Shown: one piece after another, positions 17,730-26,724 of the stretch | How the letters are laid out: each line of letters starts with the position of its first letter | Position numbering within the stretch: position 1 is the first letter of the stretch | Source: Thermoplasmatales archaeon | Lineage (GTDB): Archaea > Thermoplasmatota > E2 > DHVEG-1 | Length of the DNA stretch: 64,000 nucleotides | Direction: 5' to 3' | NCBI GenBank assembly: GCA_020350825.1 | Contig: CP070724.1 | Span: 1,077,584 to 1,141,583 of the forward strand | Notes under the pieces: generated by a model | The model's database searches: none | What the model was told of the DNA's origin: nothing | What the model saw: the letters and a program-made list of their open reading frames with translations, nothing else | Made by a program: the position numbers and the translations under genes

Positions 17730-17862
17730 ATTCTTCCCTAATTTTGATATTTAAAAGCTAATATAACAGTTTTCATTAAAAAGTTGTACGAATGTATGTT
17801 TTTACTGTTAAAATTACAAAAATCATAAAATTTGGATATATTTTCAAATCAAATCATAGAAT
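17729..17862 (-). promoter_or_regulatory. ~135-bp upstream region shared with 37904..38040
   Basis: By-eye alignment of roughly three quarters identical positions: ATTCTTCCC..TTTTCATTAAAAAGTTGTACGAATGTATGTTT..AATCATAAAATTT..AATCATAGAA versus the 37.9-kb copy. Confidence 0.6.
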
Positions 17863-17931
17863 AATAGAGCAAAAGTAATACTTATATAGAATAACAAACT
17901 ATCTATTTACAATAGAGGTAGGAATTAATAC

Positions 17932-18369
17932 ATGGAAGATATAAAAGAAGAAATTGTTAATTATTTATCAAAAAAGAAGTTTATAACCTTAGCAACCTCG
18001 ACATTAAATGGTAAACCTTTAGCCCATACAATTGCGTATATAAACAAAGGACCAACCTTATATTTTTCAACCGGTAATCAATCACGCAAAGTAAAAAATA
18101 TTCAAGAAAATCCAAATGTTGCCTACTCTGTATATGATGAAACTGAGTATCTAGATGATATAAGATTTATCCAGATGGAGGGAATAGCAACACTTGTATC
18201 TGATAAAGAAGAATCTAAAGAAGCCCTAAAAATGCTGAATCAGAAATTCCCCTCAACGTCTAATTTGAGCTCAGACCCAGATAGCGTAATCATAAAAATC
18301 ACTCCAAAAATCTGTTATTTCAGCGATTATATCAGAAGATTTGGACAAAGAGACAAGGTTGAATTTTAA
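17932..18369 (+). CDS. pyridoxamine 5'-phosphate oxidase-like FMN-binding split-barrel protein
   Basis: ITLATSTLNGKPLAHTIAYINKGPTLYFSTGNQSRKVKNIQENPNVAYSVYDE. Length 145 aa. Confidence 0.75.
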   Translation: MEDIKEEIVNYLSKKKFITLATSTLNGKPLAHTIAYINKGPTLYFSTGNQSRKVKNIQENPNVAYSVYDETEYLDDIRFIQMEGIATLVSDKEESKEALKMLNQKFPSTSNLSSDPDSVIIKITPKICYFSDYIRRFGQRDKVEF

Positions 18370-18416
18370 TAATAATTACCAGGCATTGCTTCCAATATCT
18401 TATCATAGAATAATTA

Positions 18417-18440
18417 AACTCTTAGTCTCTAATCACTGTA
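18417..18440 (+). repeat. copy of the dispersed intergenic motif
   Basis: AAACTCTTAGTCTCTAATCACTGTA followed by CTTTGATTAAAACCTGCTAG. Confidence 0.65.
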
Positions 18441-18519
18441 CTTTGATTAAAACCTGCTAGGAATGAAAGTAATATAAACAAAAACATTATTCATAGTAAA
18501 AAGGTGGAGGTAAATTATT

Positions 18520-19089
18520 ATGGCAGAAACTGGTGAGAAGATCTGGAAAAAATTCTTGAGAAATCATTGGAAATTGTGTGTTTTATTTATAGTGGTAGCT
18601 GCTTTGGCAATAATCGGAGCAATTTATGTATTTTTATGGTTTGTTGGAGACGCTCAATTAACTGGTCTTGTGCCAGTGAGCCTAGGATCATGGTCAATGG
18701 GTTATCTAGTAACCTTTTTGTTACATTTACTTTTCTGGGGAGTGCTCTTCGTCGGAATCCCTGTACTTATTGCTATAGTGTTAATTTATTCTCTAGGATG
18801 GAAAAAAATACCTGATGAGGAAAAGAAAGAATATAAGCGTGGAAATCTTTTCGGCAAACGTAATCGAAGATCAGAAGGAGGAGAAGGATTATCGTTTTTG
18901 ATCTTTATTGTGTTCTGTATCAAGGTTTACCTTGATGGAAACTGGGGTGCTCCTTTTGCAACTTGGAAATTTGACTATCTCGTGTATTCTTGGCTTTGGG
19001 CATTAATCTGGGTTTTAGTCATATTCGGAATTCCGATACTTATAGGTGGCACCTGGTGGTTACGTCATGAGATGAAAAAGGAACCATAG
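18520..19089 (+). CDS. polytopic membrane protein, unknown function
   Basis: 189 aa with four hydrophobic segments and a charged central loop (KKEYKRGNLFGKRNRRSEGGEG). GGTGGAGG RBS. Confidence 0.55.
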   Translation: MAETGEKIWKKFLRNHWKLCVLFIVVAALAIIGAIYVFLWFVGDAQLTGLVPVSLGSWSMGYLVTFLLHLLFWGVLFVGIPVLIAIVLIYSLGWKKIPDEEKKEYKRGNLFGKRNRRSEGGEGLSFLIFIVFCIKVYLDGNWGAPFATWKFDYLVYSWLWALIWVLVIFGIPILIGGTWWLRHEMKKEP

Positions 19090-19183
19090 AAATAAAGCCT
19101 GATAGGTATGGTAATTTTGTACAAATTTCTGCTAATAATTTTTATATACTCTACTTTTCTTTGTTTGTGATAGGTGTAAATGA

Positions 19184-19387
19184 ATGAGTGATTTCGTTGT
19201 TGGTATACCAATTGGTATAGCAATTGGCATTGCAATTGGAATTTCCATCGGAATTGAAATAGGGAAACAAAAACCTTGGTCTGAGCTAACAGAGGAAGAA
19301 AAAAAGATTCGTAAAAGTGGCATTGGAGCAGGGATTGTTATCCTTTTATTAGGAGTCATTGTATTTTTATGGCTATTTTTTACTTGA
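19184..19387 (+). CDS. small glycine-zipper membrane protein
   Basis: GIPIGIAIGIAIGISIGIEIG plus a second TM segment. The DNA shows 12-nt periodicity at 19200-19260. Confidence 0.5.
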   Translation: MSDFVVGIPIGIAIGIAIGISIGIEIGKQKPWSELTEEEKKIRKSGIGAGIVILLLGVIVFLWLFFT

Positions 19388-19446
19388 GAACTGATATTTT
19401 ATTCCATACTCTTGTAAATACTTGTTGGTTAAAACAATTACCGTTC

Positions 19447-19476
19447 CCTCTCACCACTGCACATTGATTACAAAAA
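19447..19476 (+). repeat. divergent copy of the dispersed intergenic motif
   Basis: CCTCTCACCACTGCACATTGATTACAAAAA versus TCTCTAATCACTGTACTTTGATTAAAAC at 18.4 kb. Confidence 0.45.
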
Positions 19477-19560
19477 ACTTACAATTACTATGGTATAATG
19501 TTCATCGCACATAAAACAATAAATAAAGTTTAACTAAGAAACCTTACATAATGAAATAAA

Positions 19561-20193
19561 ATGATACTTGAAATATTCCTAATTATTATTGTTGGATTAT
19601 TTGTTTCATACTTTATTTTTTTAAGGATAATTCGGAAACTTATTCCCTCCCCTGCGCCAGCATTCATCGGCAAAATTCTAGATAGTAATCTTAGAAGAAA
19701 AATACAATCACCTGAGAAGGTGATTCAACGCAGTGGTATAAAAAAAGGAATGCAAGTATTGGAGATCGGCTGCGGAAGCGGGGCATTTACCACTTTTGTT
19801 GCACAGGCTGTCGGGCCCAAAGGAAATGTCTATGCCCTTGATATTCAACAGGAAATGCTACAGCAGTTAGAAAATAAGCTCTCTTCGCCAGAAAATAAGG
19901 ATATCACTAATATTAAACTGATAGAAAGTAGTGCTTATGATTTGCCATTTGATGACAAATCCATCGATCTTGTCTTTATGGTAACAGTAATTGGGGAAAT
20001 TCCTGACAATGATAAGGCATTAAAAGAAATAAAGAGAGTTTTAAAACCTGGAGGAATTCTTGCAATAACAGAGACGTTTCTTGACCCTGACTATCTGTTA
20101 AAATCCACCCTTAAGAAAAAAGGAGAAAAGGCAGGTTTTAACCTTGATAAGATATCAGGAAGTTTCTGGCATTATACCATTAGATTTAACTGA
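19561..20193 (+). CDS. class I SAM-dependent methyltransferase with an N-terminal TM helix
   Basis: VLEIGCGSGAFT, VYALDIQQEML, LKPGGILAI. Confidence 0.85.
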   Translation: MILEIFLIIIVGLFVSYFIFLRIIRKLIPSPAPAFIGKILDSNLRRKIQSPEKVIQRSGIKKGMQVLEIGCGSGAFTTFVAQAVGPKGNVYALDIQQEMLQQLENKLSSPENKDITNIKLIESSAYDLPFDDKSIDLVFMVTVIGEIPDNDKALKEIKRVLKPGGILAITETFLDPDYLLKSTLKKKGEKAGFNLDKISGSFWHYTIRFN

Positions 20194-20863
20194 TACTATC
20201 ATCTTTAACTTTTCTAAATGTAAATGTTCCTACGGGAACTAATTCATCATCATAAAAGAAAGGATATCCCTCAATTTTAAAAACTGGAACAGGCGGGTCA
20301 GTTGGATCATCAGGTGAAGTATAGTTAGTACCACTATCAGTTCCAGCATCATAAGCATATAAAACCACAGTTTTTTCGTTAACAAAAGACCCATTCTCAT
20401 AAAGACTTAAACTATCAACACCAACAAACCAATCAGGACTTGGCGCTACCATAGAAACCAAGGTAACAAGAGGAAAATTTTTACTAACCTTAAACTCCAA
20501 ACTTACTGATCCAGGAGATGGATTAATTACACCTCCAGATATAATCCTAAAAGCCGTCCTATGCAAAATAGCCCTCAAAACTTCTATATTAAGAGGTCTT
20601 TTACTACCCGTTTCAGCCATACTTTTAATTCCAGATGATGAGAGTTCTCCTTCTCTCCAAAAAAATACTTCAGAATTATGAGTTGCACCTATTAAACCAG
20701 AAAAATGTGGATTTGATGGAAAATCATCAGGATGCGTTTCCTCACTCCATGTAGCATTAAAAACAACTTCATATGTTACCGCATTACGATCAATACAACC
20801 AGAAAAAGATAATGTACTTACTAAAATTAAAGCAATTATGATAATTTTATATATCATTTTCAT
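20186..20863 (-). CDS. spondin_N domain lipoprotein
   Basis: Lipobox FSGC. YEVVFNATWSEETHPDDFPSNPHFSGLIGATHN, SMVAPSPDWFVG, YAYDAGTDSG. Confidence 0.75.
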   Translation of the reverse strand: MKMIYKIIIIALILVSTLSFSGCIDRNAVTYEVVFNATWSEETHPDDFPSNPHFSGLIGATHNSEVFFWREGELSSSGIKSMAETGSKRPLNIEVLRAILHRTAFRIISGGVINPSPGSVSLEFKVSKNFPLVTLVSMVAPSPDWFVGVDSLSLYENGSFVNEKTVVLYAYDAGTDSGTNYTSPDDPTDPPVPVFKIEGYPFFYDDELVPVGTFTFRKVKDDSIS

Positions 20864-20987
20864 TATTTAACCTCCCTTATATAATATCTTATTAAATTAA
20901 TTGTATTAAAATGTTTTCTAAGAATTAACAAAAACCCAATAATTCTAAAAAAAAAATTGCAAACAGGATAAACCTATTAGATATGAC

Positions 20988-21533
20988 TTATTTTTTCGGT
21001 AATCCAATCCATCTTGGGGTTCTATTCATATACTCACGATATTCTTCTCCATATTTTTTAAGCAATTGAGATTCCTCTTTAGAAATGCTTATAATCATTA
21101 AAATTAACCATATCAAAACAATTATCGCATAAAACCATGATAAGCTCACTATAGCTATCCCAAGAAATATTCTGATACCGCCCATATACATAGGATTTCT
21201 TGAAATACGAAAAATCCCTGTTGTAACAGGTTTATCCTTTGGAGTGGTAGCAAAACCAATTATTGCCAATATTACAAAAACCATACCAACTAAATAAACA
21301 ATTAATCCGACATAAAACCAGTATGTGTCAAAATTAAGTGGCATAATGAAAGGAAGAAAATGTAATAAAAGAAAGATAATCATCATAAATTTACTAGGTT
21401 GCCCCTCTGCATCTCTTGATTCTAATACCCGTCCAGTAACAACATGTACGGCTAAAAGCGGAATTATAAAAATCCATGCATTCCACCACCCTAATTCAAA
21501 AGCAGGTATTATTGACATTTCCCCAGCAACCAA
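20988..21533 (-). CDS. membrane methyltransferase of the isoprenylcysteine carboxyl / phospholipid methyltransferase family
   Basis: TTGIFRISRNPMYMGG plus a C-terminal EE...Y..Y...TPRW-like tail. Multi-TM. Confidence 0.7.
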   Translation of the reverse strand: MVAGEMSIIPAFELGWWNAWIFIIPLLAVHVVTGRVLESRDAEGQPSKFMMIIFLLLHFLPFIMPLNFDTYWFYVGLIVYLVGMVFVILAIIGFATTPKDKPVTTGIFRISRNPMYMGGIRIFLGIAIVSLSWFYAIIVLIWLILMIISISKEESQLLKKYGEEYREYMNRTPRWIGLPKK

Positions 21534-21708
21534 ATATACATATTAAAAACAAGTATCAGTTTAAAAATATTGCAACAAAAAACTTACTAGTTATTATATT
21601 ATAATCCAGTATACTCTAATCATAGGTTATCTTGCTTTTATCATGGGAAACAATTATATTTGTTCCCAAAACATTTTTTACTTCAAACACTGTTAATCTA
21701 AGAAAATT

Positions 21709-22608
21709 ATGAAAGACATACTACCTGAAAACATCCGTAAATCGATAGAACAAATACGACTGGATAACACCAGCGGATCAGTAGAACTAGCTAAAAAATC
21801 TGCAGAACTATTGATCTTTCTAGTAAAAAAAACTAGTTCTCCGACTCAAAACAAAAACACTGCTTACTCTTTAATAAAAGCCCAGCCAACCATGGCTTCC
21901 ATCTTCAATCTTGTCAACAACTTGATGATAAATATAGAAAAAAACAAAAATCAACAACTAAAAAACATAGTTCATAACTATTGTAAAAAATTCATACAAG
22001 ATCTAGAAACCTCAGATAAAGCAATCAGTAAACAAGCAATAGAACTTATTAAAAACAATACAACAATAATCACCCATTCATATAGTTCTACAGTCCTTAA
22101 CACACTTCTTTATGCAAAAAAATCCAGAAAAAAATTCTCTGTTATATGCACTGAATCACGCCCAAAAAACGAAGGAATACAACTAGCAAAAAATCTAGGA
22201 AAAAATGGAATAAAAGTAAAACTCATAGTTGATTCAGCGGTATATTCATTTTTACCTGATGTCGATTTAATACTTGTTGGAGGAGATGCGATAACAAACA
22301 CTGGTCTTATAAACAAAATTGGAACAAAAGGAATAGCAGTGACCGCACAACACTACAAAATACCAACATACGCTCTCTGTTCAACTATAAAATTCCTCCC
22401 AAATAATTACCAGGTGAATCTAGATCATCAGAAAAATCCAAATGAAATAATAAGTAGTAAAATATCAAACGTTACCCCTATAAACTACTATTTTGATCTC
22501 ACACCATTAGAATTTCTCACAGGGATTATCACAGAAAAAGAAATCCTAAAACCTTTAGAGATTAAAGAAAAAATAAAACATCTCAAAATACACAATGGTT
22601 TTACCTAG
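21709..22608 (+). CDS. eIF-2B alpha/beta/delta family protein (aIF-2B or ribose-1,5-bisphosphate isomerase-like)
   Basis: ITHSYSSTV, FSVICTESRPKNEG, LILVGGDAITNTGLINKIGT, IPTYALCSTIKF. Confidence 0.8.
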   Translation: MKDILPENIRKSIEQIRLDNTSGSVELAKKSAELLIFLVKKTSSPTQNKNTAYSLIKAQPTMASIFNLVNNLMINIEKNKNQQLKNIVHNYCKKFIQDLETSDKAISKQAIELIKNNTTIITHSYSSTVLNTLLYAKKSRKKFSVICTESRPKNEGIQLAKNLGKNGIKVKLIVDSAVYSFLPDVDLILVGGDAITNTGLINKIGTKGIAVTAQHYKIPTYALCSTIKFLPNNYQVNLDHQKNPNEIISSKISNVTPINYYFDLTPLEFLTGIITEKEILKPLEIKEKIKHLKIHNGFT

Positions 22609-22710
22609 AAATCTAGCCGTTAGTCAAAAAGATATTGCAATTCTTAACCTTTAATCGCTGTATCCATTTTATTAATTTAAAAAAAGTATCAAAATTTAAG
22701 TGTTATTTTA

Positions 22711-23781
22711 ATGATACATATAACGTATATGGGGAATATGCTTCTTGAAATAAAGGGAAGAAAAGGTAAATGCCGGATATGTAATAAAGAAAGCGAATTT
22801 ATTTCAGACACTCTAAAAGTATGCCTATCCTGCATAAGAAAAAAACCTGAAGAAACTAAAAAGATTACAAAAAATGTACATAAAAAAATCAGAGAAGAAT
22901 TTAATCTCCCAGGAAAACCACCCAAAGATAAAAAAGGTTTACAGTGCAAAATCTGTGTCAATGAGTGTAAAATCGGAAAAGGAAAACAAGGATACTGTGG
23001 TCTAAGGAGAAATATCAACGGAAAGCTTGAAACAAAAGAAGGAATTTTACACACATATTATGATCCACTACCTACCAATTGTTGTGCATCTTGGTTTTGC
23101 CCAGGAAGTAAAGAAAGAGGGTTAAGTTTAGCTGTTTTCCCATTCGGCTGTACTTTTAACTGCATCTTTTGCCAAAACTGGAGTCATAAATATATCGAAA
23201 GAGGCGATCATATCCCAATAGAACAATTACTAAGAGAAGCCAAAGATGCACGTTGCATCTGCTATTTTGGAGGAACCCCTGAACCTCAGCTTCCTTTTCT
23301 ACTTAAAGCAACTAAGAAAATACTTGAAAATGTGAAACTAAAAATTTGTTGGGAATGGAATGGAACAGGAAATCCAAATCTTGTTCGAAAAGCTGTAGAG
23401 TATTCTTATACAACAAATGGGACAATTAAATTTGATTTAAAATCATTTGATTGCAATCTACATATGGCTCTAACGGGTAGAGCTAATAAAAGGACGCTGG
23501 ATAATTTTCAAACAATAGCAGAGGAATACAAAAAAAGAGATTTACTAACAGCAACAACACTTTTGATACCAGGTTATATTGATAAAGAAGAAGTAGAAAA
23601 AATCGCAAAGTTTATCTCAAATCTAAATACAGATATTCCCTATTCACTTCTTGGGTTTCATCCTGACTTTAAAATGATTGACATGCCAATAACTACAAGA
23701 AATCAAGCTGAAGAATGCTATCAGGCTGCAAAGAAATATCTAAACCGAGTTAACATCGGAAATAGGCACCTCTTAATATAA
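22711..23781 (+). CDS. radical SAM protein, AmmeMemoRadiSam / PFL-activase-like
   Basis: CKICVNECKIGKGKQGYCGLR then FGCTFNCIFCQNW (CX3CX2C). There is an extra N-terminal CxxC...CxxC. The true start may be Met at 22729 or 22738. Confidence 0.75.
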   Translation: MIHITYMGNMLLEIKGRKGKCRICNKESEFISDTLKVCLSCIRKKPEETKKITKNVHKKIREEFNLPGKPPKDKKGLQCKICVNECKIGKGKQGYCGLRRNINGKLETKEGILHTYYDPLPTNCCASWFCPGSKERGLSLAVFPFGCTFNCIFCQNWSHKYIERGDHIPIEQLLREAKDARCICYFGGTPEPQLPFLLKATKKILENVKLKICWEWNGTGNPNLVRKAVEYSYTTNGTIKFDLKSFDCNLHMALTGRANKRTLDNFQTIAEEYKKRDLLTATTLLIPGYIDKEEVEKIAKFISNLNTDIPYSLLGFHPDFKMIDMPITTRNQAEECYQAAKKYLNRVNIGNRHLLI

Positions 23782-23977
23782 AATATGTGGCTCCCAAGTT
23801 TAATTTGGATTAAATAAGTTTTTAATCACCTCCTTCATTGACAAAGCACGATTTTATGGAATTTGTACCACTTAAAGAAGTAGAAGATACATTAAACGCA
23901 TGGAAAAAGAAAAAACAAAAAAAGAAAAAAGAAAAGAAAAAAGAAACTAAAAAGGAAAAAATGGAAGATGATAAATA

Positions 23978-24646
23978 ATGTCAAAAGTAAAAGGTTTGTC
24001 ATCTGAAAGGATTGCAAAAAGACTACTTGAAAGTAGAGGTTTCCATATTTTATCTACAAGGCATGAAATAAAAGAGGGGGACGAGAAGGTTGCGGAAGTA
24101 GATATCATTGCTGAAGATTCAAATGGTGAGAGATATGCTGTTGAAGTAAAAGCTGGTAAGGGAGATGTAAATTCAATAAGGCAGGCTTACGCAAATGCAA
24201 AGTTATGCGAGTATAAACCTATGCTTATTTGCAAAGGATATACAGATGATGCAGCAAGAAAAGCCGCTTTAAAACTAGATGTTAAAGTTGTTGAGCTAAG
24301 CGAGTATTACTTACTTCTTGAACCAGAGGAATTGGAAAGCATTATTAAGAAATGTGTTGAAGAAGTATTCGAAACACATGGTTTTCTGCCATACTCGGCA
24401 GAGATTGATGATAAAGATAGAAAACTCTTAAAAGCAATCTCCACTGCTAAGAATTTCGACGAAGCTGCTGAACAAATTAAAATTAATAGAAAAGAGCTTG
24501 GTAAAAAAATAGAGGATTTAACAACTCGTGGTATTCTTCCTAAGAGATCTTTAAGTTTTAGAGATCTTAAAAGATGTTCTTCCTCAATTCTAGCAAGATC
24601 TGAAATAATGTCAAAACTTAATGAAATAGAAAGAAAATTAAAATGA
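23978..24646 (+). CDS. PD-(D/E)xK (restriction-endonuclease-fold) nuclease-like protein with a C-terminal helical/wHTH-like region
   Basis: SERIAKRLLESRGFHIL...EVDIIAEDSNGERYAVEVKAGK (D...E-x-K arrangement). Confidence 0.55.
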   Translation: MSKVKGLSSERIAKRLLESRGFHILSTRHEIKEGDEKVAEVDIIAEDSNGERYAVEVKAGKGDVNSIRQAYANAKLCEYKPMLICKGYTDDAARKAALKLDVKVVELSEYYLLLEPEELESIIKKCVEEVFETHGFLPYSAEIDDKDRKLLKAISTAKNFDEAAEQIKINRKELGKKIEDLTTRGILPKRSLSFRDLKRCSSSILARSEIMSKLNEIERKLK

Positions 24647-25164
24647 AGAACAATCCTCATAATTTAGCGCCTAACTCAAAGCATATTGGCTTAGAAATTT
24701 TCAACTCACAAATTAATAACAAATATATTCAAAAAATAAAAGATGCATTGACAACTACGTACGAAGATATACTAGACGTTATCATAGGAGGAGAATTAGA
24801 ACCACCCGAAGAAGCATATAACTATCAGAGAGAGCAATACAATGCAGATACTCTAATAACACATCTTCTAAAAACAAAAAAGACAGATACTGCTTTATGG
24901 GTTGTACAAAAAGATCTCTACTGCAAAGGCATGAACTTCATATTTGGATACGCTATGTTCCAAAGGGGTGCTGTTCTCTCAATTTATAGATTATCCAACA
25001 CTAAACTGATAGAAAAAGAAGCTACCCATGAAGTAGGACATATAACAGGTTTACAACATTGCAGCAATCGATGCGTCATGCAATTTTCAAATTCCCTATG
25101 GGAAGCAAAAATGAAACCATCAAATCTATGTGAAAGATGTCAAAGAAAAATAACCTTACTCTAA
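24643..25164 (+). CDS. amzA: archaemetzincin (zinc metallopeptidase)
   Basis: HEVGHITGLQHCSNRCVM signature plus a C-terminal CERCQRK. ATGA overlap with the upstream gene. Confidence 0.85.
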   Translation: MKNNPHNLAPNSKHIGLEIFNSQINNKYIQKIKDALTTTYEDILDVIIGGELEPPEEAYNYQREQYNADTLITHLLKTKKTDTALWVVQKDLYCKGMNFIFGYAMFQRGAVLSIYRLSNTKLIEKEATHEVGHITGLQHCSNRCVMQFSNSLWEAKMKPSNLCERCQRKITLL

Positions 25165-25186
25165 CAAATAAAAAACCTGGCTTTTT

Positions 25187-26140
25187 TCATCTCCTTGCCG
25201 CCTCATAGATAATCCATTTTCCAATTGAAAAATCCTTAATGACCAAATCACTAGCACTAGATACTTCTTTATCAGCAATAGCAACCAAAATCCCTCGATT
25301 ACCCATTTCTTTATATCTAGAAGAGGAAAATATCGTGATGCACCTATCACCATATATAGAAATACCCAAATTATCATAATCATGCCCTCTGATGAAAACC
25401 CTAGCATTTATCCCATCTAAAAATTTGACTAAATCCTCTTCATTAAAGGAATTACCAGCCCCTCTATATGTTAGTGAAACAACCGGATCACTCCATACAA
25501 GTGATTCAATAGCTCCCAAATCATTTTTCCCTGTTGTTCTCAACTGTTTTAAATTAGCTTCTTTCAAAATCCCTCCATGTGCTGCAAAAACATTATTTGT
25601 AAGAACCATCAATGGCATCGATGAAAACACTCCAACATATTTTCCATGTAAATCAGAAGAACCATATCTTTGGATAATCTCTACTTCGAATTCATATGGA
25701 AAACATGGAATAGCATAGTTGCATTCATGATTTCCTTTTAAGAGAACTATTTTTTCTGGATAGCTGCATTTTAGAAGAAGTAGATATGTAATGTTGTATA
25801 TCGATCCCCATTTCATCGGTTCCCGATCTATATAATCTCCTAGAAAAACTAAATGATTTACATTAAAAAATCTCTCAACAATAGCTTTCGTTGTATTAAA
25901 ATCTCCATGAGTATCACCAATAAACACAACATTTCCATTTAATTCTATCAATGATTCTTCTTTTTCTAAAATAGGCTTTATTTCCTCCAAACAGTCTTCT
26001 ATTTCATTTTCATCTAAACAAGCAACATAGTCTGGGTCGTTAACAACCCTGTTTATTATATTTTCAACATCGGTCATTTTAACTTCTAAGGGGAAAAGTC
26101 TTATACAAAAATCAATTATTTCATGTAAATATTTTTCCAT
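25187..26140 (-). CDS. PPP-family serine/threonine protein phosphatase (metallophosphoesterase)
   Basis: GDTHGD, GDYIDRE, GNHE, AAHGG, IRGHD in canonical order. Confidence 0.8.
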   Translation of the reverse strand: MEKYLHEIIDFCIRLFPLEVKMTDVENIINRVVNDPDYVACLDENEIEDCLEEIKPILEKEESLIELNGNVVFIGDTHGDFNTTKAIVERFFNVNHLVFLGDYIDREPMKWGSIYNITYLLLLKCSYPEKIVLLKGNHECNYAIPCFPYEFEVEIIQRYGSSDLHGKYVGVFSSMPLMVLTNNVFAAHGGILKEANLKQLRTTGKNDLGAIESLVWSDPVVSLTYRGAGNSFNEEDLVKFLDGINARVFIRGHDYDNLGISIYGDRCITIFSSSRYKEMGNRGILVAIADKEVSSASDLVIKDFSIGKWIIYEAARR

Positions 26141-26143
26141 AAA

Positions 26144-26665
26144 GTGATAAATTTGAAAATACTAGGAATTGATCTTGCAGGAAAATCAAAAAATCCAACT
26201 GGAATATGTATTTTAAAAGACAACGAATTCATATTAAAGACCGTAAATGAAGACAAGGAAATACTGGAAATCGCAAGTGCATTAAGAACAGATATTATTG
26301 CAATCGATACACCAATAATGCGTGGAAAACCAAAGATTAGAAAAGCCGATATAATACTTAAAAAATACAAGGCTTTTCCACCAACACTACCTGGTATGAT
26401 ACCATTAACAATACGAGGATCAAAACTTGCAACGGAGCTTTCAAAGTATAGTCGCGTCATTGAAGTATTTCCTACTGCAACTGCAAAGATACTAGGTATC
26501 TATCATAAAAATTACAAGGAAATCGCAGCAATTTTAAATGTAAAAGTTAAAACCAAACATGAACTTGATGCATATATTTGTTGTCTAACTGGAAAATTGT
26601 TTAATGAAGGAAAAACAGAAAATGTAGGCGATGAAAATGGAATAGTCATTATTCCAAAGTTATGA
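26144..26665 (+). CDS. predicted RNase H-fold nuclease (DUF429-like)
   Basis: ILGIDLAGKSKNPTGICIL...IIAIDTP. GTG start. 173 aa. Confidence 0.45.
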   Translation: MINLKILGIDLAGKSKNPTGICILKDNEFILKTVNEDKEILEIASALRTDIIAIDTPIMRGKPKIRKADIILKKYKAFPPTLPGMIPLTIRGSKLATELSKYSRVIEVFPTATAKILGIYHKNYKEIAAILNVKVKTKHELDAYICCLTGKLFNEGKTENVGDENGIVIIPKL

Positions 26666-26724
26666 CTATATTCAAAGGATTTATATAATTTCATTTCGTT
26701 ATTTATTTTATATGATGGGGGAAA

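Noticed and set aside
19200-19260. 12-nt tandem periodicity (ATTGGTATAGCA / ATTGGCATTGCA / ATTGGAATTTCC / ATCGGAATTGAA).
   Set aside because: Fully explained by the coding (I/G)xxx glycine-zipper repeat of the 67-aa membrane protein. It is not a non-coding microsatellite.
18567-19359. ORFs 18567..18815 (+) and 19132..19359 (-).
   Set aside because: These are alternative-frame or antisense overlaps of the membrane-protein and glycine-zipper genes. The 19132..19359 translation (PIAMPIAIPIGIP) is the mirror of the GxxxG repeat.
23890-23975. Polypurine A-rich tract considered as a simple-sequence repeat or slippery site.
   Set aside because: There is no exact repeat unit. It is more economically read as Lys/Glu-rich coding or spacer sequence (see the mini-ORF finding).
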